Shown here: positions 48,294 to 61,427 of the stretch, in pieces
Layout of the letters: each line of letters starts with the position of its first letter
Numbering within the stretch: the stretch's first letter is position 1
DNA from: Camelus ferus
Taxonomy: Eukaryota
Length of the DNA: 64,000 nucleotides
Reading direction: 5' to 3'
Assembly: GCF_009834535.1 (NCBI RefSeq)
Contig: NC_045698.1
Coordinates: forward strand, 3,598,001-3,662,000
The notes under the pieces: model-generated
What the model was told of the DNA's origin: nothing
Database searches by the model: none
The model's input: the letters and a program-made list of their open reading frames with translations, nothing else
Translations under genes and position numbers: made by a program

Positions 48294-51200
48294 GTCCTAA
48301 GGTTTTATATATTGTCTCCCAGAGTAAGTGAATTCTTTTTTGACACTCAAATGAACAAGCTTTTATTTTCATTTCCATCATAGAAAAGTAAGCCTTAATG
48401 AAAACTTCTTTTAAGTCTAAAAATGATAAGACCCTATCACTTCATTCCAACGTGAGCATCTCGATTCCAGCTACACGTTTTAAGTGACCCACAAGTTTGA
48501 CAAGAAAGAATATTGTGTTTTCCAGTGCCCACCAGTCTGGTAGCAATAAACAGTATTTTCAAAAGCAAAGTGGTAGCAAGTCTGTACTGGTTGCAGGTGC
48601 CCCAGGCTCTAATCTTCTAAGAACCCAAGAAAGCAGGTGGTGGATGCTTAGAGCCAACGGGGGGACTTCGACTCAGAACGTAGCTCAGCGGTCACCCCTG
48701 CTCTTACCACACACCAATCGGGGAGCCTGCTGGTGGCACAGTCCCAGCTATGATCCAGTGACGTTACAAATACAGCTGGGGGGAGGAGTCCGACAGGGGT
48801 AACGTACAATAAAATTATTGGAAAAACATTAAGTATTCCCATCTTAGTGAAACCTGTTTGCGCATCTGAACCTCCTATTCCGCTACATTTTTGTCCCCCT
48901 GTAATTTTGGTGCTGCTTCCGCGAAGACATTGGACTGAGTTTCTGCTTAGCACTTGTATTCCGGGACAGGAATGCAGGACTCAGGGGCACTTGTCATCCC
49001 GACAAGAGGTCGGGGTTTACTCCACCAAGAAACATGTCTCCTCCCAGATCCGCCGACTTGGAAATAAAATAAAAAGCCAGTCATCTCTCCCATCAGTTTT
49101 CAGCTTCTCAGGAAAGGCAATAAATGGTTTTCCTGGTTAAATATGAAAAAACCAGAACAATGGACACAAGTGGGTGAAACCCTGAGGGCCAGGCTGGAAG
49201 CTCTGTGACTTGAAGATGGAGGGAGCTGATGGCAAACCCAGCTGGAAATAAGACGCCCTCAGTCGTGGCTGGTGCATCCTCCTGAGCGAGCAGGAGCAGT
49301 TTGGAAAGAGGCTTGCAAGCCTTACACAGATTCTCCCGAGATGTATCAGAGCTGTTTTGTCTGGGTTGGCTGTGTGATAATTTGCCTCATAGGTGAAATT
49401 TTACAAAGCAAAAAAAAGGCAAACTTTGGGAAACAAAAAGACAAAATTTCTTGTCCAGAGTGAGGTCAAATCGGAACCTGGATTCCATCCATTTGGTGTC
49501 ATTAATTCAAAGGACCCACTGGAACCCGGGGCTGGAGCAGCCTAGGCTGCTCTGTTTCCCTCCATTGTGCTCTCACCCCACCGTTCAGGGTCTTAAGAAG
49601 CCAGATTCAATAGGGATGGACATGTAAGAAGAAAAACTCATTTTATTTAAAACTTCATTTTATTAAACTCAAGGAATTTGTCTCTGGGTTTAAAGAGAGT
49701 TGATCCGATGACTCAACGTTTTCGGGTCAGCCTCCTCTGAGGGCTTGGAGAACCACACGTGCCCACAGAGGACGCAGCTGACAAAACACACAGCTGCTTA
49801 CCCCGACATCAGTGCTTCATCCAGCTGATTCAGATGGGCTGGAAGTGCCCCTATGCCTTGCGGCCTCCAGGGCAGGGGAACAGAGAGGAGAGGCCCCAGG
49901 CCGGCCCCCAGGCTGGGAGCAGGGGTTTCCATCAGCTCCACCGATGGCTGCATCTAAACTGGAGAAAACTGTCCGGCTGCCAATGCGCACAGATCACTCA
50001 CCATACTTTTGTGCGATGTCAACGCTGCAGAAGGATGACATAAAGGGATGTCGCAAGTGGACGGGCCGGCCGGCCGGCCAAGCACAGCCTTAGCAGGAGG
50101 CAAAGCCTTGGTGCAGAAGGGCGGCCTCTCCTGCCCCAGGTGTGGTCCACGCAGTCCCTGCCACCCCGGCAGCAAACGTGTGGACGACGTTGTCCAGCAG
50201 CAGTATGTTTGTCATCACCAGGAGAAACGTGCTCCCCGCAGCGGTCACCCAGAACTGCCATCTCTGTGTAGGACAATGAAGTGCAGATGTGGACTCTTGT
50301 ACGAGATGTTCGACAACGGATTTAATTATTGGAAATCGTTGTCCTTCTTAATCACATAAACCATCCTTGAAGAGCACACACGCCTCTTTTCAACCCAGAA
50401 AATGCTGAGTGATGCCTGGATTAGAGTGTAGTGGGGACCATATGCCTCTGTTCGAGGGGAGCAGAAAATGTCTTTCTTCCTAAAATGGCCCCATAGGAAG
50501 GACCAGAGGTCGTTTTGTTAGCAAGTTTAGTGTGAAACAAGACAAAATGGATTTGCCCAACACACACACACACACACAGACGCACACGCATCTCATGCAA
50601 ATATCTGTGTCTTTAATTATCATAACTAATTAGGAGAGCAGATTTTACTCGGAAGAGCTTAGATGGGACATGTCTTTGGGAGGAGCCCCCCCCCCCCCAC
50701 TCTGTGGAGCTAGAAATATCACTGTAACCGTGGTGATTAACGACATCTCTATCTCCTGCTCAGAAAGTGTTGACACAGATGTTTGGCTAATCACTGATAG
50801 CAAACAGCTATTCCCACAAAGGCTAAGATTAGTCGGAATTGGCACGCATTTCTTTCTTCTGTGAGCCTCGTTTGATTATAGATGATGTTTTGTTAGAGTG
50901 TATCCACGCAACCTCATAAATGATGTAAAACCCGAGAAAACAGAGACCCCGTGCCAAAACCAAATTAAATACGCGTCAGAAACACAAGCTTGATTCGAGT
51001 TCAGGTACCACGAAGCTTGCCTTGGCCTATTGTTGCTAAAACCTTCAGGAAAACTATAAAAAGCCATCCTGACATTAATATCAATTTAAAGTCGGTGTTG
51101 CTGCCGACATTTCTTCCCCACGAAGCTCAGCTGGCTGTATCATCTCCAGCACAACGTATAGTGGCAGCGCCACAGCTTCCAAAAGGCTGTGGCAAACGTC

Positions 51201-52124
51201 CCACACGGACTGGGCGAGGAAAAGCCTTGTCTGTGTAAATGCGTTGCGCCTGCCCGGTTCTCTCCTGTGAGCAGCACAAGTGCTCTTGGCAGTTAGACGC
51301 GGAGCTGGTCCTCTGTGCGCGCAGTCTCAGTCTCTCCTCTGTGCCACATTCCTTCCTCCTTCCATCAAGAGAGCCCAAGATCCATTCAGACGGCTGCCGC
51401 CCCTCTTCACACAGGTCCCTGCAAACCTGAGTTGAACCGCCATCTGGTTACTTCTGGAGCTCCTGGGAAATCTGAAGTCCTCTGTCTTATTCGTCCACCA
51501 CTCGCTGGGATGGGGTTCAGGAGAATCAGAGCGAATCCAGAGCCCGGCTGAGCCCTGGGTGGCTTTCCTCCGTGGACCATTTTAAAGGGTCACATGCGCA
51601 GGTGCAATGTCTGCTTCTGGGAAGGACCCTGACAGGTGCTGTGGGGGAAAGGGAGACCAGGGTGTGAGGTGGCTGCAAAGACTTTGACCTGGAGCTAAAG
51701 CCTGGACACCAGAGCGAAGTCACAGCGGGAAGGAAGAGGGATCACTGGGGTCAGCTGAAACCGCGGGATGTCAGGCAGGCTGCCACCCTGGTTAGAATAA
51801 CCGCCATCTGGTGAGCAGAAAGGAGGCTGAGTGAGCTTCTCCCAGTGGGGACGTGACGCCGTGTGTCCTCGGAGGACCCGCGTGTGTGGGTGGACCCCTT
51901 CCACAGCTGCCATCACTGCCCTTCCCAAGAGAGCTTCGTCTGCAGAGGGCGTGAACTCCGAGCACACTCACGGCCTCCCGTGGAGACTCCCCACTCACGG
52001 GACGACACAGCCTCTCACACAGGCTGCTGCCGTCTCTTCTGTTTCACAAATGCTAGCCAAACCTCTTCCACACAGAGTAACTGGCCCCAAGGGCATGATG
52101 TTTTCACTCTAATGCACCTCCACA

Positions 52125-52618
52125 CAGATCTTCCGCAATTATGACGGGGTTATGTCCCAGTAAAAACCTCGGGAATTGAAAACATGGTATGTCGAAAATT
52201 CATGTAATACACCTAACCTACCGAATGTAGCATAACCTCGCCTACCTTAAATCTGCTCAGAGCACTTCCATTCGAGGACAGCTGGGCAAAATCATCTATC
52301 ACAAAGCCTATTTGATAATAAAGTGTTGAATATTTTATATAACTGATTGGATACTGTGCCGAAAGTGAAAAACAGAGTGGTCATATGGGTACAGGATGTT
52401 CGTAAATGTATCGATGTCGACCCCGGTGATTCGGGACTGACTGGGAGCCCCGGCCCTCGGCCACTGCCCAGCATCGTGAGAGCACATTGCACTGCCCGTT
52501 CCTAGCTCGGGAAGAGAGCACAAGTCAAAGTGCAGTTTCTACTGAAAGTAGAAACATTTTGCACCATCGTAAAGTCGAAAAATCATAAGTCAAACTAACA
52601 TCAGTCAGTGACCTTCTG
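52125..52618 (+). mobile_element. MER47/Tigger5-family non-autonomous TcMar DNA transposon
   Basis: taatacacctaacctaccgaa...gggcaaaatcatcta.cacaaagcctattt.ataataaagtgttgaatat...gcaccatcgtaaagtcgaaaaatcataagtc, with degenerate CAGA...TCTG termini. Confidence 0.85.
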
Positions 52619-53012
52619 TTTATGTCAGTCTTGCCAAAGGACAAGGGTCCCACTTTTGCCTTTTAAAAGAAACGTATAAGGAAGTGGGGAGAGCAGAGTG
52701 GGCAAGGAAACACACTCTGGGGGTCTTACGTCTCCCCCGAAGGACTTCCAATGTTTACATTTGCTTTGTGGATGCTCGGCGGCGTCACCTCCCCATCTCC
52801 ACCCTCCTCTTCACTCAATGGCTCCTGTTCATCCTTGGAAAGTCGGTGCAGAGTCAGCGAGGGCCGGGCCCCACTGCAGCCTCCGTGTAAGTCCTCAGCA
52901 CTGTGCAGACACCTACCAGGACTAGCTAGACGGCGTCTACCCACCTGCCCTTCCCCAGTGGCATCTGAATTCCTTGAGGGAGGATGACGTTGCCTTTAAC
53001 ATTACGTTCCAT

Positions 53013-53603
53013 GACCGCTCTGTGCGACAGACATTTGGCAGGGGTGGAAATGATCCACATCTCTACCATCCGATAATGCACCGTGTCGGCTTGGCTACAG
53101 TAACAAGACACCACGGACGGGAGGCTCAAACCATAGACATTCATTTCTCATGGTTCTGGAGGTTGCAAGTCCAAGAGCAGATGCCAGCTGGTTTGGTGTC
53201 TGGTCAGGCTCCACTTCCTGATTTGCAGGCAGCTGCCTTCTCTTTGTGTCCTCGCATGGTGGGGAGAGACAACGAGTGAGCTCTGGTCTCTCTTCCTCTT
53301 CTTATAAGGGCAGTAATCCCATCACAGGGGCCCCACCCTCCTGAGCTCGTCTGAACATAATCACCTCCCGAGGGCCCCACCTCCAGTGTCATCACAGCGG
53401 GTTAGGCTTCCACGTAGGGATTTGAGGGGAACAGAAGCTTTTAGTCCACAGTAGGCAGCAGCAGCCACATGTGACTATGGAGCCCCTGACGTGTGCGTGG
53501 TGTGACTGAGGAACTGAATATTTCATTGCAGTTTATGTTAATTAATTTAAATTTGTATTTCAATAGCACACACAGCTGGTGCCTACCGTATTGGACAACA
53601 CAG
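53013..53603. mobile_element. MER3-like hAT MITE split by an MLT1A insertion
   Basis: Left piece ~53013-53078 (ggtggaaatgatccacatct). Right piece 53454-53603 (agccacatgtgactat...gactgaggaactgaat...ctaccgtattggacaacacag). Confidence 0.7.
53082..53453 (-). mobile_element. MLT1A-like MaLR LTR
   Basis: gtaacaagacaccac...catttctcatggttctggagg...ttctctttgtgtcctcgcatggtg...tcttcttataagggc...ttagtccacagta. Confidence 0.85.
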
Positions 53604-53724
53604 CTCCAGAAACTCTCCTATTGCTTGGAACAGAGTATTCAATTCACAGGTGCTGAAATGAACTGAATCTGGGGGTGAAAACCTCTCTGACTTCTCAGCC
53701 TAGATGATTCAGATTTCTGATACA

Positions 53725-54200
53725 GCAGGGAAGATACTCATTCATCCACGCATTTACCACATATGTGAGGGCCCGCCCTATGCCGGCCCAGACGCCTTCT
53801 TGCCCTGGGGACCCCTGCCCCTGTGGGCTCACATTTGATGGTGGAAGGAGGCCTCCCTGGAGAGGTAGCACTTGAACAGAGACCTTTGGGCCACAGGGTG
53901 ATCTGGAGGGGGTGCGTTCCAGGTAGAGGGGCAGGACCTGAAAAGGTCTCCAGGCAGGAAGGCACCTGGCACATCCTGTGACCAGAAAGAATGGTGCTCC
54001 TGGTGTCCCGGAAAAGGAGGAGGCAGGCGTCCCAGAACGCAGGCCTGCCAACTGTCTTGATATTTAAACTTGATTTTAAGCAAAATGGGAAGCCGTTGTA
54101 GGGCTGTAATAACATGACATTATTTAGGTTTTAAACTCATTCCTCAGGTGCCTGTGAGGACACTAGAGTTTAGAGGGCAAGAGGGACACAAGATGGCGGG
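53725..54200 (-). mobile_element. L2 LINE remnant
   Basis: tactcattcatccacgcatttac (L2 3' end, antisense), ggcctccctggagaggtagcacttgaacagagacct, aatgggaagccgttgtaggg. Confidence 0.55.
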
Positions 54201-56014
54201 GGGCTTGTGGGGAAGAGGTCTGCCCTGGAGGAGAGACAGAAGAGGGAGAGCCCATAGGCCGTCCTGTCGTTGGATCTGAGGACACGGGAGACCCACAGAT
54301 GCCTCCTGGAATGAGGCGTGCGGGGAGGCGAACCTATTGCCAGGAGGGGTGCTCGGGTCAACGCGGGGAGGACATGCATGCGGTGCCCATGGGACAGGAC
54401 ACTCACATGGACATCCAAAGGATAAAACAAGCCGGGGACATGCAGCCATAACTCCCCCCCGAGCCATCACTCGGGGCTCTGAAATACGAAGTCTGTCAAC
54501 AGGACGAGACATGGCATTAGAGGCTGTTTCCTCCCTCAGGGGGCGTGGGCCAGGCCTGCAGGTCCCGGTCAGTGACTGAGCTCACATCTGAACAGCCTGT
54601 CACGGGGCTGGGATGTTCATTCAGGGGCGAGGGGACGCCTGAAGCCCCTTAATCACCCCCACGCTCTATTTCCCACATACTGATCTGTATAGATAAAGTT
54701 GTTGAGAAATCCTGGCCTGCCCCCCGGGTTTCCTGAAACCTTCTTTCTCACAGTGGACTCTCAACAGCGAGATGAATTTAGATTCCCCCGTGAACCACGC
54801 CGCGCCGTGGTGACTGTAGAGAGTGATGTTTCCAATTACACTTTTATCATCTTGCATTTCTGTTCCAACTTGGAATGCTCCCTTCTCACCCCTCTCCGGT
54901 CATTCCTGATCTGTGTTCCTTCCCCCTCCTTGCAAGACAACCATGAAACGGCTTCAGTCACCAGTAAGTGATGGAAAGAATGAATGAGTTTGGCTTCAGA
55001 CACTCCTAAGTAGACAGCTGGGAGGTGGTTGAAAACAAAAAGCAGGCAGCTTGAGGACATTAGAGTGACCTGCTTGAGAAGATGGGCCCGTCTCTGGGCT
55101 CAAGGTACCAATGACATCGGAGCTTGGAGGAAATGGCCAGGACAGAGAGCCCTGGGGCAGGGTGCACTGTGGAGGGGCTGTCTCCTCTGCCGCACAGGAT
55201 CCCGGCGAGCCCACACTGCAATGGAACATCTCAGAATCCTCCGATCAAGGGGGACGACGGATGGTTCCTCAGAGAGGAGTCCGGTGTGGAGCCAAAGGCG
55301 GGGTATTCCTTGAGCATCTCCCCGGGGTTCAGCCCTCTCTCCCCAACACCACCTGGAAGTGGGGACCTGCAACCAGCCAATCACCAAGCCTGGGGAGCTT
55401 GGTTTGACTAACTGCTTTCACTTTCTAGATTTCACTAAAAACTTTACAATGTGACTTTTACAAACTGGGGCTCTGGACCTCAGACAGAGAGATCAGGTGA
55501 AACCCGGGGAAACAGTGGGTTGGAGAACGTGATGTGCTCACCACGTTTACAAGTCTCTATTTGGGAGTTTGGGGTGGGTGGTTTTTTTTGGTGTATCTTT
55601 GAGGGCAGCAACACATGAATTATGTCAGCATCCCATAAAGAGCATCAGTGCCATGACTGTTGATTACTGATTGCCCCAAATATACTGAGCATTATGTCAA
55701 CCACAAACAACAATGAAGCTTAAAATAGACTCAGAAAAATCTTCTTTAAAAGGCAACCATGGAACCACCATGCAGATTATTTTGATCCCCAAAACAGCGG
55801 GGCCAGGCAGTGGTGGGGAAAGCAGTTTTGCCAGGTTGTCAGATGGACCTCTTTGGATACTCTCTGGGTTCCCATGCATCCTACCAACTCTAACCAAGAT
55901 CAAATCTCTTCTGACTCATTTTTTATTTTCCCAATCACACATGGAACTTCTGAGCAGCACAGAAAGTGTCTAAAGCCAGTGCAGTGGTGCTGTCTCCAAC
56001 AAATAGAATATGAA

Positions 56015-56586
56015 TGTGGAGGCAGTTCTGAGGTCACCCCTGACCCCCACCACTGCCCCCCAACCATGTAGTGTACACATCATCTCCCAGTTACTCAGTC
56101 AATTTAGGCACTCCAGTGGTGGGATCTTGTAGATAGAATTAAGGTCCAAAATAGACTGACTTCAAGATAGGGAGATTATCCTGGGTGGGCCTGACCTAAT
56201 CAGGTGAGACCACTAAAAGGATAAGGCTCTTCCTGGAGAAGGAGATTGGAGGCATGAGGGGGGTTCTCTGTCACTGGCTTTGAAGATGGGGGAATCACAT
56301 GGCAAGGAATGTGGACAGCCTCTAGGACCCAGAGTCCTCAGTCCTACAACCATGAGGAAATTAATTCCACCAGCAACCTGCATGACTTGGAAACAGAATC
56401 TTCCCCTGAGCCTCCAGAAAGGAAGGAGACCCAGCCTAAACCCTGGTTTCTCCATGTGAGACCCTGAGCAGAGAAAGCAGCCTCACTGTGCCTGGACTTC
56501 TGACCTGGAGAGCTATGAGCCTCTACACGGCTGTTGGTTTACACCATTAAGTTCTGTAACTTTACAAAGCAAAGGGAAACCAACAA
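56015..56586 (+). mobile_element. MLT1D/E-like MaLR LTR
   Basis: aagatagggagattatcctgggtgggcctgacctaatca...ctggctttgaagatgg...tcagtcctacaaccatgaggaa...tgcctggacttctgacct. Confidence 0.8.
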
Positions 56587-58059
56587 AATCTCCTGTGCAC
56601 TCAACACATGCAGACTCCCAAGCAGGCACCCCCATTGCACAGCTGCAGGACGTCAACGTTCTCAGCAAAGAGGGATGACAAGCCCTGTCTCCCCTTCCGC
56701 ACCGGAGAGCAGTGAGGGCTGCCCAGAAGGTGGACAGAACTTTCTTACAAGAATAGATACTGCCTCCAAGACACAGTGGAGCCTGCTGTCTTGCTGTCGA
56801 TCATTATCATTAATTACACCTTTTCAGTTCCACTGTTAGAGACATTTTATCTTGTTTACAACTTTGCTTGAAAAATTATAGTATCATGGAAACAGCCTTT
56901 CCCAGCTGTAGAGCTTAGAAAGCTGGTGTTCACTGGGATGTTGACCGTTGTTTCTCGGAGAAGGGCACCTAGGACTACAAACCAACATGCTCTGGGACAG
57001 TCACAAGGTGTTAGCAGACTGAAGGCCCTGAGAAGTCTGGCTGCAAACGAATTTGCTCAACATGGTTTAACCGGATCTGTTCCAAACCTTCTGTTCCAAA
57101 AAGCACTTTCCTCCTCCCACTCTGATTAATCTCAGGAGACCCGTGGGAGAAGCCCAGTTTCAGAAAACTGGTTCCGAGATTACTAAAGACAAACACATAA
57201 ACAAAGATGCACACACTCTCCTTTCCCTGCAATCAGGTCACACAGCCTGACTGCAGCCAATTTTTGGACACCTCCCCCATTACCTTGGGCCTAAACATTC
57301 TTAGACAATCCAGGCATAGGACAGGGAGCCCTGGTAAGAGTATTTAAGACAGGTGGCACTGCTTTTCCCTACACAGAGAGAAATTTCACTAAGAAGGGAA
57401 AATATATTTTCAATAGGGAAATAGCCTGGTAGGAAAAGCCTGATGAAAAAAAAAATTAAGTTCTTAAGTTTTTACTTACCTAAGTTCTAAACAAATAGAC
57501 ACTCAGCCATTTGCAAATGGACACGAAGTCATGAGATAGCTGCCCTACAGAAAAGAGTAAAAGAACTGATCACCCGCCCCATGCTGGTTATGGTTATGGG
57601 AGTTGAGTCAGTTGAAGACAGAGCACATTTTACGAGATTTCAGGAAGGCAATGTCAAGAGACAAACGGAGCAAAACTCAGAACTAGGCAAAAGGATGACT
57701 GTCTTTTCCCGGATGCACAGAGGCTTTGGCCAGCAGTCACGCAAGATCTATCTGATTCAGCAGGAGTAACTGTCTCTGGTTTGCTTACTATTTTCTGGTA
57801 ATTAGGGTGTTGCACAGCCCTGTGAAAGCCCGAGTTCACGCACAGCAACACACACGACCAACGTTCTGCAGCCTCGGAAAGGATTACAGCCCAATGGTTA
57901 GAGCGTCATTGCGTGTGTGGTTAATAGCCTCCTCCCGTGTCTTTGCAGGGCTTTGGGGCACTGTTTCTTCACTTCCTTCTGAACCAACCTCACCATCCTG
58001 CTGGTGGCCTCACTAAGTGAGACAAAGAAATCTTTGACATAGGCTCGCTATGTGTTTGG

Positions 58060-58662
58060 TTTTTTTTTTTTTTTTAACATTTTTTATTGACTTATAATCA
58101 TTTTACAATGTTGTGTCAAATTCCAGTGTAGAGCACAATTTTTCAGTAATACCTGAACACATGCATATGTTCATTGTCACATTTTTTTCTCTGTGAACTG
58201 CCATAAGATCTTGTATATATTTCCCTGTGCTATACAGTATAATCTTGTTTATCTATTCTGCATATGCCTGTCAGTATCTACAGATTTTGAACTCCCAGTC
58301 TGTCCCTTCCCACCCTCCGCCCCCTTGGTAACCACAAGTTTGTATTGTATGTCTGTGAGTCTGTTTCTGTCTTGTATTTATGTTCTTTATTTTTCTTTTT
58401 AGATTCCACATATGAGTGATCTCATATGGTATTATTCTCTCTCTTTCTGGCTTACTTCACTTAGAATAACATTCTCCAGTAACATCCACGTTGCTGCAAA
58501 TGGCGTTATGTTGTCGGGTTTTATGGCTGAGTAGTATTCCATTGTATAAATATACCACCTCTTCTTTATCCAGTCATCTGTTGATGGACATTTAGGCTGT
58601 TTCCATGTCTTGGCTATTGTAAATAGTGCTGCTATGAACATTGGGGTGCAGGTGTCATTTTT
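58060..58662 (-). mobile_element. Young lineage-specific L1, 5'-truncated (ORF2 C-terminus, 3' UTR, poly-A)
   Basis: ORF track 58432-58743(-) contains an uninterrupted KNDTCTPMFIAALFTIAKTWKQPKCPSTDDWIKKRWYIYTMEYYSAIK...LSEVSQKE. Poly-T at 58060. Confidence 0.92.
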
Positions 58663-58902
58663 GTATGAGAGCTGTGTTTTTAACTTTTTAAAAACGATAC
58701 TTTGACAGAACTTTGGCCAAAGTATATTAAAGTTCTCAAACAAATGCCTCTTCTCTGCAACACTAGTTTAGCATTGAGGAATTTACCCTCTGGATACAAT
58801 TGGATAGAGGTGGGAAGACAGCTCTAAGGAAGCTTAGACAACTTTGCTTAATGAGAGCCAAAAAAAAGAACAGAAAAGAAAAGAAAAGGAGACCACTTGC
58901 AT

Positions 58903-59117
58903 CACTAATTCTCAACCTATAGGATATAGGGTGATTCTGACACCAGAATTTGGCCGTATCTGGAGACACTTTCAATTGTCACAGCTGGAAGGGGCTGCTA
59001 CTGGCATCTAGTGGGCAGAGACCAGGGACGCTCAGCACCCCACACTGCACAGGACGGCCCCGCTGCAGGCAGTGATCTGGCCCAAAGTGCCACCAGGGCC
59101 GAGGTGGGGGAACCCTG
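58903..59117 (+). mobile_element. MER20 hAT DNA transposon fossil
   Basis: ttctcaacc...tctggagacac...ttgtcacagctgg...tgctactggcatctagtgggcagagaccaggga...tgcacaggacggcccc...gccgaggtgggggaaccctg. Confidence 0.85.
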
Positions 59118-60627
59118 ACCGACACGCACAGCTGTAGAGATTAGGCTGACTCAGTTAAAGTGAAATGTCTTGCGAGCATAAGAAAAAATGGTGATATTGT
59201 GAGTATAGATTCATATTTGTGTTCAGAACTCATTGCTAAGGAAAAAAGTAACTATAAAGTTACATTTGAAATCATATGGCTAGAAAAGTATATTTATTAG
59301 TAAAACACTTATATGTTTATAGAATATTGTCTTTCATGTTTTCCATGGAGAGCATATATTCATTATGTGTCTATAGAATGCAGCATATGAATGAATGCAT
59401 ATATCACACATACATACGTATTATGGTGTTTATTCTTCTGTAGCTTTTGTCTGTTGACATCTACCCATAGAGACAGATAGATACTAACTGACTTCCTTAT
59501 GGTGTGATGGTGCCTGAGGCTCCTTCATCAAGGAGTCCTGTCTCTAAGGGAAGACACAGTCGATGCTGTTACAATGCACGAAGCTCAGGGAGATAGCACA
59601 CTGAGCGCTTATGAGCCGTGTACCCTGCCTATGAAGGTGTTGATTAAATCCGGTGACTTGCCGGTCACTCAGCGCTGTGCGGAGGAGCAGACGGCTTTGG
59701 TGCTGAGCTACAGGAGGACTGGTCCCCAGGAGGACGGGCCTCTGAGCACAGGAAAGGGACGAGCAGGACACAGGTCCTGCTGCTTTCCCTTAAGCCAGCC
59801 CTGTCCGTCCACTCGCTGTGTCAGCCTGGGAGCAGAAGGCACAGCGCGGTGGGGAGACACAGGACCGTCTATTCCAAATCTGGCCTCCAGCCCCGGCTGC
59901 ACCACTGACTCCAGGTGCCTCGTCTGGGCAGCGAGTGCGTTAACCAGCAGCCTCCAGCAGTTGTCCAGGGCACTGATCCTCTGAATCCCTCTCCATGTAC
60001 CTGTCCCCTGCGACCTCCCAGTGAACAAACGGTGTCCCCCCTGACCTCTGACGGCCTGTTGATATCATTCCATTTGCTGGTCACTTTCCTCTGTTCCTTT
60101 CAAACGTTCAGACTCCAGGGAGGAGGGTTTAGGTAAACCTCCTTCCAAGAGCAGGGCCCCGAAAGTCCCAAAGAAGCTTCTTCCTACAACGCGTTCTCCA
60201 GGTCCAGGATACGGGGCCGTGGAAGTCCGGGGGCAGCCAGTCCTGCCGCTCCCCAGGAAGGAGGCAGCAGAGGGGGCTGGCTGTGCTGGGCGTTTTCCCA
60301 TCTTTGGTAGGTTCCGATCTTTCACTCGATACCATCATTTTCCTCTTTTTCCTAAAAGCCCAGTAAATCTCCCGCTCTCCCGCACCTTGTTCTGGGAGTG
60401 GTCTGACTTCTGCCTGCTCTGTCAGTGCATGTGAACGTCCACCCAGCTGGCTGTGTGCTTTAAGAAGTGCTGGGTTCTGTAGATGCTTTGAAACCGCTCC
60501 TTATTTCCTCCGGGTTGAGCTGTGAGATACGACTGAGAGAGGCAGGAATCCCTTTGTGAATAAACAACCCCCCCGCCTCCCCCCCCACAATACCTTCAGT
60601 TTCACCATCTTGTGTGAGGATGGAGAC

Positions 60628-60790
60628 CAGGGGTCCTCAGCCTCGGCGCTGCTGACCACTGAGGCTGGACCATCTGTGAGTGAGGGACTGCGCAGTGTGT
60701 TATAGGATGTGACAGCTTCTCTGGGCTCTGCCTCCTAGACACCACAGCTCTCCCTCCCCCCAGGCAGTGTGACAATCAGAACTTCAGCAG
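60628..60790 (-). mobile_element. MER20-like fossil, partial
   Basis: caggggtcctcagcctcggcgctgctgac...taggatgtgacagc...gtgtgacaatcaga. Confidence 0.6.
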
Positions 60791-61129
60791 AGTCACGTCA
60801 CGGGCCGCCTGGGGCTCTGTAAGCACGGCTGGCCGAATGGCCTCCACTGTCACGGTGAAGAAGGAGCTCCAGACCCTCCTCCCTCCCCAGTGAGGAAGGG
60901 AGCCTTCTCCCTGTGCCCTACAAGGATGCGGTCGCTCCCAGGCCGTATTTCTGGAGTCGTCATACTGCTGAGCAGTAAATCATGACTAAAGAAGGTCAGA
61001 TGGTACAAGAAACTGGGTCCGACACACACACTTAAGTGCTGTAAGTCATCCTCTCCTCGTGGCAGAAAGAGAAATAATCAGGACTTGTTTTAACTTTGGT
61101 ATTTATTCATCTAACCAAAATTTTCTTGT

Positions 61130-61335
61130 TCTTTGTTATTGAAGCATAGTTGATTTACAACATTATGTTAGTTTCAGACGTACAGCAAAGTGATTCAGTT
61201 ATATATATATTTCCAGATTATTTTCTATATTACAAGATGTTGAATATAGTTCCTTGTGCTATAGAGTAAATCCTTGCTGCCTTTCTGTTTTACGTGTAGT
61301 GATTTGTATCTGTTACTCCCATACTCCTAACCCTG
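61130..61335 (-). mobile_element. Artiodactyl L1 3'-end fragment
   Basis: ttattgaagcatagttgatttacaacattatgttagtttcag...ttacaagatgttgaatatagttccttgtgctata, close to the reverse complement of 35810-36010. Confidence 0.85.
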
Positions 61336-61427
61336 TACTCCTAAATTTTCTATATTTATTCCTTTTGTAAGTTTTAAATGCTTAATGAAACAGAAAAATT
61401 CATGCAGATGTTTAATATACACTTATG

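Noticed and set aside
49535..49552. Perfect 18-bp palindrome GAGCAGCCTAGGCTGCTC
   Set aside because: About 0.24 such palindromes are expected by chance in 64 kb (64000/4^9), and there is no supporting context.
51801..51814. CTCF-like motif (reverse strand TCACCAGATGGCGG); a similar match at ~12463
   Set aside because: Single imperfect matches are common in GC-rich DNA and cannot be supported without ChIP or conservation data.
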